DNA from: Camelus dromedarius
Taxonomy: Eukaryota
NCBI RefSeq assembly: GCF_036321535.1
Contig: NC_087437.1
Location: 115,446,001-115,510,000, forward strand
Length of the DNA stretch: 64,000 nucleotides
Direction: 5' to 3'
Shown: positions 13,601 to 26,045 of the stretch, one piece after another
Layout: each line of letters opens with the position of its first letter
Position numbering within the stretch: the stretch's first letter is position 1
Translations under genes and position numbers: made by a program
Notes under the pieces: model-generated
The model's database searches: none
What the model was told of the DNA's origin: nothing
What the model saw: only the letters and a program-made list of their open reading frames with translations

Positions 13601-16600
13601 TCAGTAGAGATTACTGGATTTCAGATTTCAATAACATTAAAACTCATAGAAACTTTAAAGCGTGGACACTCGTTTGGAAGAACTAGACTCTGGACTCTAA
13701 CCCAAGAGTTTAGGAGAGCTGCGACGCGGCGGGTGTCTGGGAGGTGGCCTCATTGTAGGCCAAAGAAATGACCGTGGAACACAAGCAGTTGGCCAAAGAA
13801 AAGGCTTGGAAGTAGCCAGCCCACATTTACATAATGAACTACGGCCAACAAACTGAATCCCAACCAGAGTGAACTCAGGTATGAGTGAGAACAAGTCTGT
13901 CATCCAAATCCAAGGCACAGGCAGACTCCAGGAACAGAGGGCAAGCGGTGAGTCCTATAGCAAACGAGGCCACGGACCAAAGCAGGAGCTGGCAAAAGAG
14001 CCCAGCATAGGTGTGGCCTCCCTGCTCCAGCTGGCTCAGAGGCTGCTGGGCCCCCTGCCCAGGAGGCTGGGAGTGGGGAGCGTTAATCCTGGGGAGGACA
14101 CGTGGAGCAGGGAAGCGGGGACAGAGAGTGCTACTTCTCACCTGATACTCCTTCCTATCACTTGAAGGTTCTTAGCAAGTTAAAACCTTTTTTTTAATGA
14201 ACAAAACAAATAGAAACTTTTTTAAAAAGATCCAAACAGATGGTCAAATTAACACTATTATATCATTTTTTTTTAATTTTAAAAAGTTTATTTTTTTCTG
14301 ATTATTATTGAAGAGGGGAATTTCTCCCCGTCTAGCCTTTACTTTTCCATTCATGGGACTTTTGTTCCTTTCCCAAAGATTATGGGAAATGGTCTTTTCT
14401 GATAAAACAAAGGAAGGGCCAGTTTTTGGCTGACTTCATGCCTGGTGTGTGACAGTAAAGCATAAGCATAAATAAAAATATCATCATTGGGGGCAGGGTA
14501 GTGAGGATTAATGGAACTGAGCATTATTAGAAAGCACATGTGCCAACATCACACACCACAGGAATCTGCCCGACATTGAGGAGGACAGCGGGTGTAACCC
14601 TCACATCTCCTCCAGGGCAAGCTCTTCCTGAGCATCAGAAATCCAAGGTCAGAACAGCTAAATCAGGTATAGGTTCCCATCAAGAGCCCAAGGATACTGA
14701 CAATCTCATACTGCCCTTCCCAGGGTGAGTTTAAACACCAGGAGGAGAACAACAGGGAAGGCTGGACAGACCCCACCAGTTTCTGCTGGCTCTACTGGCC
14801 CAAGAACCCCAGGTAAGCAGGTTTTAAGAAGGAAACTGGCATACAACTAACCAAGGAGAGTCAGTCCAGAGTTAATTCTTGGTAATCGTGGATGGTGGGT
14901 CTATAACCTGTATGGAGTAGGAGGCCACCATTTTGGACTTAAATTCTCCAGTATACAAAAGAAATATAAGCAAAATGTTTTAAGCTGGTTGTATGCACTG
15001 CATTATATCTGAAAGTTAATAGTAGGGCCTATAAGTTTTGGCATAAAACAAAATAAAATGATTTGACATAAAAAAAACTTCAACCTTGTTGGCTCTGGCT
15101 GGTCAATACATCCTATAGCTAGTACTTTTCAAACCATGAACCACTGGGCCCTAGGTGTGTGCAGATGCCTCTGCAGCCACTTTGGGATTTGAGGAAGAGT
15201 CAGGGAGGGCAGGGGGCAGGGGGATCACTTGAAATGAAAAAGCTCTACTTTTACCTGCTTATAAAACAAACTATTGTAATAGATTTTATAGTTATTTTAA
15301 AAAATATATTAAAATGCTTTATAAGATTTCACTTAATTAATCTCATTGCTTAGAATCTGGGGGGGAGGTGGAATCTATCCTAAACAATGTTGTTCATTTT
15401 CTTGAGCTGTTTATGAGGAAACATTCACTGTAGTTTGTGAGATGAAAGATAAGATACAATTTCCATTACCTTGAGAAAGGCATCATTTCTGAGCCTGAAT
15501 TTTCTTCTGTCTACAAGTGAGAGACTGTCTCTTCATATAGACAAAAAAGACCAAGGCCATCTTTTTAAGAGCTGCTCATCATATAAACACGTCCAGAAAG
15601 TCTCGTGTGCAGAGAGAGGACAATACTTGAAATTGACAGGAATTCACTTCACAAAAAGTATTGCACAAAAATTGTATCTTTACTTGCTTGTGTCTGTCTG
15701 GAAAAGTATCTGAAAAGAGCCAGGACCCCACAACCCTTGAGTAACAGTGCACAACACGCAATGGTGCACAACACTGGGTTGAAGGTCCCCATGCAAGGAT
15801 CGGGACGGACCTGAAGCAAGTCACTGCATCAACTGACCTCTCCTTAAACCCTCCATCCAAATAGGCCCAAGTTCATTTCCAAGATGTGGAATGTTGTGCT
15901 TTTCCTGCTGGCACAACACCGGTGGTCACTGATTTGCTAATAATGTTCTTCTGAAACAGGCCTTCGTGAGCCCACCAGGAGGGGAGGCAGGTCAGCCCAC
16001 CTGGTCCGTGGCTCATGACTACATCTGTTCTTCCAACAGAAGATGAAGCCTAGAACACGAACTGGGAGTGGGGGTGGGGTCACAATTTGTGTCCAGCAAA
16101 TGAACTGCATTTATATGTAACAATGACCTGATTAAAATCTCTGAATGAAATGAAGAAATGTTCAGAGCTGGGGGTTAAAAACTCCCAAAGCGTAGCTGAG
16201 ATGAAAATGGAGACCAAAGGGAAAAGTGGCCTCAACTTACAACTTCTCTGGAGCCCGCTGTGCTGAGAGGGTGCACGGGAAAGCATGGGGACCAGGGAGT
16301 ACACGGGAGCAGAGGTGCAGGGACAGTGGGGAGCTGGGGCCTGGGAGGAGCGGGACCAGGGAGGCAGGTAGGCAGGACAGCAGGATGAACCTCGGGGCAG
16401 GCTGAGAGCCAGGACCCTCTCTAAGGAGGGTGAGCTAGACAGGACATCTATAGAAGGGACTGGCTGGGCTCTGCCCACAGGCTGGGGCAGTTGTGGGGAA
16501 GGTGCAGAGATGGGGAACCATCTCCCCCAAACCTGCCCGCATGCTGCTGACTCTCCAGCCTGTGAGCAGCACAGCCAGGAGTGCGGCACTGGGGGACAAC

Positions 16601-18304
16601 CACTGGACAATCACTGCAGGGACAGGGGGGCAGTCAAAGACTGCAGATTTCAGCCCACAGAGAGGGCATGGCTGGCTGTCCAGGCTGAACCCAGGGCGAT
16701 GCAAGGTCAGGAGGTCCGGGCTGGGGACTGGGCACCAAGAGGAAAGCATCCTGCCAGAGTCAGAGCAGCCTGCGGGGGGAGGGCAGTCTCAGGGGTGCTG
16801 GTGACAGGCTGAGACTTGTCCAGCTGCTTCAGAGTCTAGAAATCGACCCGCCCACAGCGGCCAGGCAGGCCTCGCTAATGCTCAGGCCAGTGCAGAATCC
16901 GCCGCCACAAACACCTAACAGAACTGCGTGGACACTGACTGCATCCCAGGGTCCCACCAGCCTTGGGTGATTCTGAAAATACACCATCATGCATTATACA
17001 GGGTTGGGCTATGACTGAGGACACCAGCCTTCTCAGGAGTATTAGATTATTGGTGAGAAAAAAGGCCCACTTAACGTTTAGATCACTGCGTTCCTTAGAG
17101 GGTTCGTTCCTCCCACAAGATTATCTTGAGATCTCTTCCAGCTGAAAGTTCTACCCCAAGTATTTGCACCAGCACTCACGGTAACTGACCACTCATGGAG
17201 CAAGAATCCAGCAGAACAAAGTAGGACAGTTAGGCTTCTTTTTTTCATACCATTCTAACTTTGCAATTTTTCTTCATAATAATAAACTGGCATATAAAGG
17301 ATTTTTCCACTTTAATCTCTCTTTTTTTAAACTAGAAATTACATGAAAGCCAAATAAGACAAAACATAAATCTAGAAGTTCTCGTGGTAAGAGTAACCAG
17401 CCCACTGTGCATAAATCCCTCATCTCTGAAACCTGGCCACGCTGGACAGAAAATCTCCCATTTATGCTTTTCACACCGTAATATTCAACAGCGTCAATTT
17501 CATGAGTACCTGTGCCAGGATTTCAGAATGTAAACCATTATGAACTTATAAAAACAAATGAACTATATTTACTTTACAAAAAGATTTACTGCAAGGTTCT
17601 TTTAACCAATAAGCTTCTCTGTTACACTGAAAATAAAGCATAATTTACAATGTGAGTCAAACGTTTGGTTCAGGAACACATCTACTGCACCAAGCAAAGA
17701 AGTACACAGAAATACCAAAACCACACCCAGCTTTCAGTGCCCAAAATGCTGTATAATCTCTGTCTGCTCTCGTGGGTGACTGCATCCCCCTCCTCCAGGT
17801 CCACCACGGAGAGACATCCAACCATCTGCACAGCAGATGACCAGCACTTACGGTGCCATCTGTAAGGTGTACGAACAACATGATTTACATCAAGGCAGGC
17901 GGAGTAATTCTGAGTGGGAACTGACATCACAGAAAAGTGTAAGGCCCACCACCATCCCCACTGAAGCCCCTACTTTGGGTCAGACCCTGTAATAAATGCC
18001 TTAAAATGTTATCTCATTTCATTCTCACAACAAAACCTCTGAGCAGGTATCAGCCCCATCCTACAGATGAAAATTAAAACCTAGAGAAGGCACACAGAGT
18101 TCTGGGCTTGGGAATAAAAAGACATGATTTCAAATATTCACTTTTGTATCAATGCCCTTGGCATGTTACTGAATTCTCTGAGTCTCAGTCTTCTCAACCA
18201 TAAAATGGGAAGGAAAATGCCATCTCTTCAGTATTTGTGAGGGTTAAAGCCATCTGTGAGTCAGGAAGGGCTGTACTGGCACCATATGTTATTATAAAAC
18301 GATA

Positions 18305-18620
18305 TCATAATGAACTCATCTCCAAAGAAACAGACTCGCAGACATAGTAAACAATCTTACAGTTACTGGGGAAAGAGATCTGGGAGTTTTGAGATTTTGG
18401 AAATGTTAACTCCTATATATAAAAACAGGAAAAAAACCCAAATTTCTTCTGTATAGCACAGGGAACTATATTTATATATTTAGTATCTTGTAATAACCTT
18501 TAATGAAAAAGAATGTGAAAATGAATATATGCATATATGTGCATGACTGGGACATTATGCAGTACACCAGAAATTAACACACTGTAACTGATTATACTTC
18601 AATTTAAAAATAAATAAGTA
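18305..18620 (+). mobile_element. 5'-truncated L1 3'UTR
   Basis: tatagcacagggaactata...gaaaaagaatgtgaaaatgaatatat...tacttcaat plus A-rich tail, same family as the other short copies. Confidence 0.85.
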
Positions 18621-18622
18621 AG

Positions 18623-18800
18623 CGGGGGAGGGTATAGCTCAAGTGATAGGGTGCATGCTCAGCATGCACAAGGTCCTAGGTTCAATCCCCGGTACCTCCT
18701 CTAAAGTAAAATAAACGAGTAAAGCTAATTACCTCCCTCCTTAAAAAAAGGGTACCTGGAACCCCAGACTCCTTAAAAAAAATAATTAATTAATTAATTA
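18623..18800 (+). mobile_element. tRNA-Ala-derived SINE inserted at the L1 tail
   Basis: gggggagggtatagctcaagtg...ggttcaatccccggtacctcc followed by the conserved tail. Confidence 0.9.
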
Positions 18801-20322
18801 AAAAATAAATAACAGTATCAGTGGAGTGTTCTCATGGGATATTAAAACTTTCACTGGAAACATGGAATTAGGGAATTTTTTTACACATTCCTGATTGTCC
18901 TGTATCATACATGGAGCTCTGGAAACACAAGTTAAGCTTCTAGCCTCAAGGAGAAGGCATCCCGGGGAAAAGGTGGCACGGCAACACTGCATGGCTCTGA
19001 GGAAGGTCTGCTCTCTCCGAGCTGTGCAAACTGTGGCGAAGACTCCGGGGATCCACATTTTGGACAATTTTCTATTATCTTCTCTTTCTGAGTTAGAGAG
19101 AAGAGAACCTTATTTACAGGAATTCTGAAGTCCCCATTCCCATATTTATTTGAACTATTCTCTTAAGAATGATCATCCTAAAGCAAAAGTAAGGGAGGAG
19201 TATTCAAGTATAACATGGGGGTATGTCAAAATAAGAATCTTACCAGCATCTGTCTAGAATTTTTATCTAGAATAATAATTACAAAGCAAAATTCATAACA
19301 TATCTATAAGACAATAGTTTTCCCTTTCTGATCAATGCATTCATAAAACTCTTAGTCTTATGATTTTCCTTAAAGCCTATGTTTTAAGGCTTCAAACATC
19401 ATTTAATAGTTTCTGAGCACCAAGTGGCAGGTACTGAAAGGCCTAGGAATACAAATATAAACAAATTATTTTAGTTAGGCAGACTCAGAGAACAAACTAA
19501 TTACAACAGAGGTTAATCAGTGCAATAACAGCAGAAGATATGAAGTGTGTTGGTAGCCTGTTACTTACTGGTCACTACTGAATTATAGAAAAAAATCTCG
19601 TGTCATTCTTTCTTTTCCTGACCACAGGACCTGACATTCCTCTTCTCCACCACAATCTCACTTTCTGGCTACAGTTACACTTCTCATAAGGAATTTTCTA
19701 AAATGGAAATATTAAATTTGGGAATCACTGTAAGACTATGAGAATAGTTTTTATAACAGAAATTAAGCACACACTTCTAAATAACTCATGCGACAAAGAT
19801 CATAATGGAAATTAGAAGATATTTAATTTACAATTATAAAAATACTACAGATCAAATCTTGAGGGACAGGGCAGTGGAGCATTATTTTGAGGTCTTCCCA
19901 CACCCACAGAACGTGAGGTTGTTAAACCGTGAAGTCACAGCACCTTTCTTGGCAGCAGTGTCTTCTGCCAGGATGTAGGCAGAGTGAGTCTACTTTGTCC
20001 ATTCTCTCTCCCTCTCTCTCCCGCTCTGTCTCTTTTCCCCTGCCCCTCTCCTGCAGGACCTGGATGGGGTTACAAGGGTGTTTGCTTTACAGTAATTCAC
20101 CGACCTATTAAAAACAAAAAACTTATGGGGTGTAGCTAAAGTTGTTCTTAGAGAAAGATGTCTGCATTTTTTAAAGGAGGCTACAATTTAATAAGCTAAA
20201 TAGCCAACTTATGAAGTTAAAAAACAGAAACAAACAAAGCAAGAAAAGAGCAGGATAAACCCAAGGAGAAGAAAATAAATATTCTGGAAAGACAATATAG
20301 TGAAGTCACTTTAAAAAATTAC

Positions 20323-21673
20323 CGCCAAAGTCTTTTCAGCAAGTGGTGTTGGGAAAGCTGGACAGCCTCACATAAATCAATGAAATTAGAACACTCCCTC
20401 ACACCATATACAAAAATAAACTCAAAATGGTCTAAAGACCTAAATGTAAGACATGACATCATAAAACTCCTAGAAGAGAACACAAGCAATACATTTTCAG
20501 ACATAAATCATAGCAATACTTTCTTAGGTCAGTCTCCCAAGGGAAAAGAAATTAAAGCAAAAATAAACTAACAGGACCTACCTAACTTAACCGCTTTTGC
20601 ACAACAAAGGAAACCATTACAAAATGAAAAAACAACCTACAGAATGGGGGAAAATATTTGCAAACAATGCCACCAGCAAAGGGTTACTTTCCAAAATATA
20701 CAAACAGCTCACACAACTCAATACTAAAAAAAAAAAAAAAAAAAAAGAATCAAAAAGGGGAGGAAGACCTAAATGGATATTTCTCCAAAGACATACGGAT
20801 GGCCAACAGGCAAACGAAAAGATGTTCAACACCGCTAATTATCAGAGAAATACAAATGAAAATCAAAATGAGGTATCACCTCACACCAAGCAGAAATAGC
20901 CATCATCAAAAAGCCTACAAACAGTAAGTGCTGGAGAGGGTGTAGAGAAAGGGAAACCCTCCTACACTGCTGTTGAGAATGTAAATTGGTGCAGCCACAA
21001 TGGAAAACAGTATGGATGTTCCTCAATAATTAAAAACAGAACTACCATATGATCCAGCAATCCCATTCTGGGGCATATAGCCAGAAAAGACAAAAACTCC
21101 AATTCGAAAAGATACGTGCACCCCAATGTTCACAGCAGCACAATTTACAGTAGCCAAGACATGGAAACAACACAAATGACCATCAACAGATGACTGGTTG
21201 AAGATGATGGGGGGGTGTCTGTGTGGGGGTGTCTAATGGAATATTACTCGGCCATAAAAAAGAATGAAATATTGCCATTTGCAGCAACATGCATGGACCT
21301 AGAGATTATCATACCAAGTAAAGTAAGTCAAAGACAAATATTATGTACCACTTATATGTGGAATCCAAGAAATAATACAATGAATCTATATACAAAATAG
21401 AAACAGACTCATAGGCAGAAAACAAACTTACAGTTACCAAAGGGGGAGAGGGGGAGGGCTAAATTAGGAGTATCGGATTAACAGATACAAACTACTATAT
21501 GTAAAATAGATAAGCAACAAGGATTTACTGTACAGCACAGGGAACAATATTATCTTGTAATAATCTATAATGTAAAATACTCTGGAAAAGAATATGTATA
21601 ACTGAATCACTTTGTTGTACACCTAAAACTAACAGAATATTGTAAATCAACTATACTTTAATAAAAAATTTAA
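20323..21673 (+). mobile_element. 5'-truncated L1 (ORF2 C-terminus + 3'UTR)
   Basis: Broken ORF2 peptides ([40 protein letters not shown]); TSD ttaaaaaattac at 20311-20322 and 21674-21685. Confidence 0.92.
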
Positions 21674-21690
21674 TTAAAAAATTACTATCA

Positions 21691-21748
21691 CTCTATACTG
21701 GAAATTGACACATTGTAAAATGCCTATAACTCAATAAAGAAATGTAAA
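21691..21748 (+). mobile_element. ~60-bp L1 3' tip
   Basis: gaaattgacacattgtaaaatgcctataactcaataaa; TSD aaaaaattactatca at 21676-21690 and 21749-21763. Confidence 0.75.
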
Positions 21749-22739
21749 AAAAAATTACTATCAAATTAGGTAAGAATGAATGACTGTTAAAAGGTGGGGA
21801 CTAAAGTAAAAGAAGCCATTTATTGCACTCAGACTGCTTCGCAATGTCCACTAGTTCTTGCTCACTTTGCTCACGCTATTCCTCCTGATGGAAACAAATG
21901 GTGCCAGGTGGGGATGGAGACCCTGGCCAGGTACTTAGCTTTCAAAACTAAGTTGGAACATCACCTTCACAAGGGCCCAGTCCACCAAAACGACTGCATC
22001 CTGCCCTGCACTCCTCACCCAGCACAAATGCGCCCACCCATTTGAGCACATTGGTACCTTTATGACTTTACCCATCTCTCTCTAAACCTGTTAGCCTCAG
22101 GAGATCAACAGACATTGGCTGAATGTTTGTTTTAAGTAACAGTCTAAAAAGGAGATGGATGAAGCTGTGGTGATACTGAAAGGCATCCAAGATAAAGATA
22201 CACTGTTAAGCAAAAAGAACAAGTTTTGTGTGTGTGTCTACGTTACATGTGCAGATATTACTCATTGAAAATGTCTGGAAGAGTACACAAACTGTCAGCG
22301 GATACCTCCAGGGACACAAAAGGGGGCCAGAGAGAGGAAGAACTTGACTTTTCACTTTCCAGCCTTCTGTAAAATGTTAAGTTGTTAACTTGGCATATGT
22401 TATGTTTATTTTCTTTTTAATGATTCAACTGTGAAAAAAAAACTCCATCATTTTTTCAATGAGCATCTTTTTCTAGGAAAAAAACTCGAATGACAATTTA
22501 AAACCCAAACATAACTTAGGTTCCCTGGTGTTCACAGAATCAAAGCCATTTCACAACTAAGATAAGGAAAAGAATCAGCAGCACATTTGCTGAGAGGAAG
22601 ACATAGCAACTTTTTAATTGAAATATTACAATGTTATTCATAGTACTCCTAGGAAATTAATAATTATCCCCACTTTAAAATTCCTCCATTTTGCACCAAA
22701 AGAATGGGGACTTTTAGGGAGGTGTTAAAATAGACTGTT

Positions 22740-22900
22740 GGCTGCACATGCTTTGCAATCTGACTGACCTGAGTTGGAATCCAGGCTGTCATTAGTTGGG
22801 TGATGTTGGGCAAATTCCTTAACTTGTCCAGGCCTCAGTTTTCCCATCAGTAAAATGGGGGTGATGCTGCCAGGCTCACAAAACCCAACACCAGTGTTTC
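22740..22900 (+). mobile_element. MIR fragment
   Basis: ttgggcaaattccttaac...cctcagttttcccatcagtaaaatgggg MIR core. Confidence 0.7.
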
Positions 22901-23089
22901 CCAAGAGCTTCCAGTGGAACATAAGACTGTCGTGACATGGACAAACATGTTTCATTTGAATGACAGTCACTTACAAGCTAAGAAGCAGGCTAAAAGAGGT
23001 GGCAGCCACCTCAAGCAAACCATGAGGATTACAGGAGCTGTGCTCTGGCAGACCCATGGATGAGTCAAACCTTTAGCAATTGAATCTTT

Positions 23090-23217
23090 TTTTTTCTTTT
23101 TTTTTCAGGGGTGCGGAATTAGGTTTATTTATTTATTTTAATGGAGGTACTGGGGATTGAACCCTGGACTTCATGCATGCTAGGCATGCACTCTACTGCT
23201 AAGCTATACCCTCCCCC
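23090..23217 (-). mobile_element. tRNA-Ala-derived SINE
   Basis: Reverse complement of the SINE head and tail; TSD ttagcaattgaatcttt (23073-23089) / ttaggaactgaatcttt (23218-23234). Confidence 0.9.
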
Positions 23218-23600
23218 TTAGGAACTGAATCTTTACCAATGCTGTTGAGATGTACAGAGAAAACTGAAAACTTTTTTTTTTAGTCCCACCTGCAGCCACA
23301 GGGGAGGGTGAGGAAGAGAGGACTCCCTTCACATTTTCATGGTGCAAACTAGGCTTGAAACATGGGCTGTCTGCAGGCACTGAGACCTCTTCGAGCAGCC
23401 AGCCAGCCAGGGTCCTGTCCCCTGGGTCTTAGGAAGCAGCCCTGACAGTGCCAGCCACCTACTCCACCTGGCCTGAATCACAGATGATGGACTAACACTT
23501 AAGTCATGGCATATCACAACCAGTGTATCTTTTTATCAAATGATTAGATTTATTGGTTTCATAATTCTTATTTTTGGCTTTAAAAAACATACAGTTGAGA

Positions 23601-23740
23601 ACTATATTCAATATCTTGTAATAACCTTTAATGAAAAAGAATATGAAAATGAATATATGTCTATATATGTATGACTGGGACATTATGCAGTACACCAGAG
23701 ACTGACACATTGTAACTAACTATACTTCAATTTTAAAAAA
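23601..23740 (+). mobile_element. 5'-truncated L1 3' end
   Basis: Same L1 3'UTR terminal sequence as 18305-18620, with an A tail. Confidence 0.85.
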
Positions 23741-23751
23741 AGACAGTTGAA

Positions 23752-23878
23752 GGGGGTAGGGTATAGCTCAAGTGGTAGAGCACATGCTTAGCATGCACAA
23801 GGTCCTGGGTTCAACCACCAGTACCTCCTCTAAAAATAAATAAACCTAATTACCTCCTCCCCCCCAAAATTAAAAAAA
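23752..23878 (+). mobile_element. tRNA-Ala-derived SINE
   Basis: ggtatagctcaagtggtagagcacatgcttagcatgcacaaggtcctgggttcaa; AGC anticodon retained; conserved tail. Confidence 0.92.
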
Positions 23879-23882
23879 TATA

Positions 23883-24879
23883 CAGTTGAGATTTGAGCAA
23901 CAAGGGTTTGAACTGTGTGGGTCCACTGCAGATTTCTCCTCAATAAAATATACTGGAAAAATGTTTGGAGATTTGCAACAATTTGAAAAAACTCGCAAGA
24001 CCAACCACATAGCCTAGGAGTATCAAAAAAAAAAAAATGAAGAAAAAGTTAGCTATGTCATGAATGCATAAAATTTGTACGGATGCTTCTCTACCCTTAC
24101 ATAGGAACAAGGTAACAATATAAAATTGACGTGTTAGTTTTTTTTTTTTTTTTACTGTTTTATAACTTTGCTTTCAAGGAATTACATTACCATATAGTAT
24201 GCCTCTCTCATAATTGGAGAAATTGTTTATCAACCTATCAACACAGGTTTCTTTTTTTTTAATGTAAAACATTTTCAATACCACATTGTGAATATGACTG
24301 AAACAGTGTATGCAATAACAGTTTAATAATTTTACAACAATTCATTCATTAGTGTACAGGCCAGGCTACTGTGAAGCAATCGTACTGATTACACTGGGCT
24401 ATCATAAAGCTATCATATTGCTGCTTCTTCCTTATCAATGTATGAATTATTATACCTGTAAATATAAATTTCTTTTTCACATAATCTTTTGAATTTTGAT
24501 GTCTGGTGTTAGTAATGCATACAGCATCTACACTGTGTTTTGTATCATGGAAGACAATATTGATGTAGTTACTGACAGAGAATTCATCTTATAAACAGGC
24601 AACATAAACTACAGAACTGATACAGAACAGTGCTCTGCAAATGTATTTTCTCTTCCTTATGATTTCCTAAATTACATTTCCTTTTCTCTAGCTTCCTTTA
24701 TCATAAAAATAATGTATGTGATACCTATAATGTACAAAATATGTGTTAACTGTCCATGTTATTGGTAAGGCTTCCAGTCAATAGTAGTCTATTAGTAAAG
24801 CTTGAGGGAAGTCAGAAGTTATATGCAGATTTTCAACTGCGCGGGAGTGGGCACCCTCACGTTGTTCAAGGGTCAGCTG
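23883..24879 (+). mobile_element. Tigger2-family (TcMar) non-autonomous DNA transposon, ~1 kb
   Basis: TIRs cagttgagatttgagcaacaa / gttgttcaagggtcagctg, each flanked by TA; internal gggtttgaactgtgtgggtccac. Confidence 0.85.
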
Positions 24880-25374
24880 TACGGAGCAACCCTCTATGTA
24901 TGAGAAATTATACTGGTTTTTCTTTTACAATTGTCATATAAGGTCTCCTTTTAAAAGGCAGGTAGTGTAAAGTGCATTAAGTGTAAAAATGCCTGATAGT
25001 TGAGAAACACAGCCGCAAGTCAATGAGCACAGATTCTGTTCCTAATACTGGAACGAAGGGATGTGCACGGGGTGGGCAGAGCTGACGCCACCTGCAACCT
25101 CACCACCCACAAAGAGTGGTCCCAGCCTGGGATTTCCAGCTGGGTCAAACTGAAAATTTCATTTCTTCATCTTTTTAAAATGTACCTTTCATTACTTGTA
25201 CCATATTTTAAGCCACAGAAAACACCTCAGCATCTCAGCTAGAGTAATATCTCTGAATGTAATATGCAGACTTTTGAAGGAAAACAATAAGTATTAAAAC
25301 TCAATTTATACATTGCCTGTCACTGCCTCCCCCGGTTCTTATTTTGCTATTTTCCAAGCTACAGAAAAGTAATG

Positions 25375-26045
25375 AGAACACAAAGTAGAGAAAAAACTGG
25401 AACCCTCATACACTGCTGATGGAGTGTAAAGTTGTGCAGATGCTTTGGGAAACAGTTTCGTGGGTCTTCAAAAAATTAAATATAAAGCTCCCATATCAGC
25501 CAGCAAATCCACCCTTAGGTATATATCCAGGAGAAATGAAAACATATGTTCACATGAAAACCTGCCCTAGAATGTTCATAGCAGCATGATACACAATAGC
25601 CAAGACATGGAGGCAACCCAAATGTCCATCAACAGATGACTGAATAAACAAAATGTAACATATCCATACAAAGGAATACTACTCAGCAAAGGAGAAACTG
25701 AAACATGCTACAACATGCATGAACACTGAAAATATGATGTTAAGTGAAAGAAGCCTATCACAAAAGGCCACATACTGTATGATCCCATTTATATGAAATG
25801 TCCTAATTAGGCAAATCCAGAGAGACATAAAGTAGATCTGTGATTGCCAGGGGCCAAGAGGGAGAGGGAATGAGAAATGATGCTAAGGGGTACAGGGTTT
25901 ATTTTGGGGGTGATAAAAAATGTTCTAAAATTAGATGATGGTGATGGCTCTACAACTCTGAATATATTAAAACCACTGAACTGTACACTTTAAAAGGGTG
26001 AATTTTATAGTAATTAGATCTCAATAAAGTTGTTATTAAAAAAAC
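25375..26045 (+). mobile_element. Old L1 (L1MB-like) 3' end
   Basis: caaatgtccatcaacagatga...aaaccactgaactgtacactttaaaagggtgaattttat...ctcaataaag. Confidence 0.8.

Noticed and set aside
16080..16812. 176-aa and ~100-aa overlapping ORFs
   Set aside because: By-product of G/C skew; no recognisable protein and no exon structure
23752..23830. tRNA-Ala(AGC) gene (likewise the other tRNA-like copies)
   Set aside because: Carries a SINE tail, A-rich end and TSDs, with mutated stems or boxes; these are SINEs, not tRNA genes
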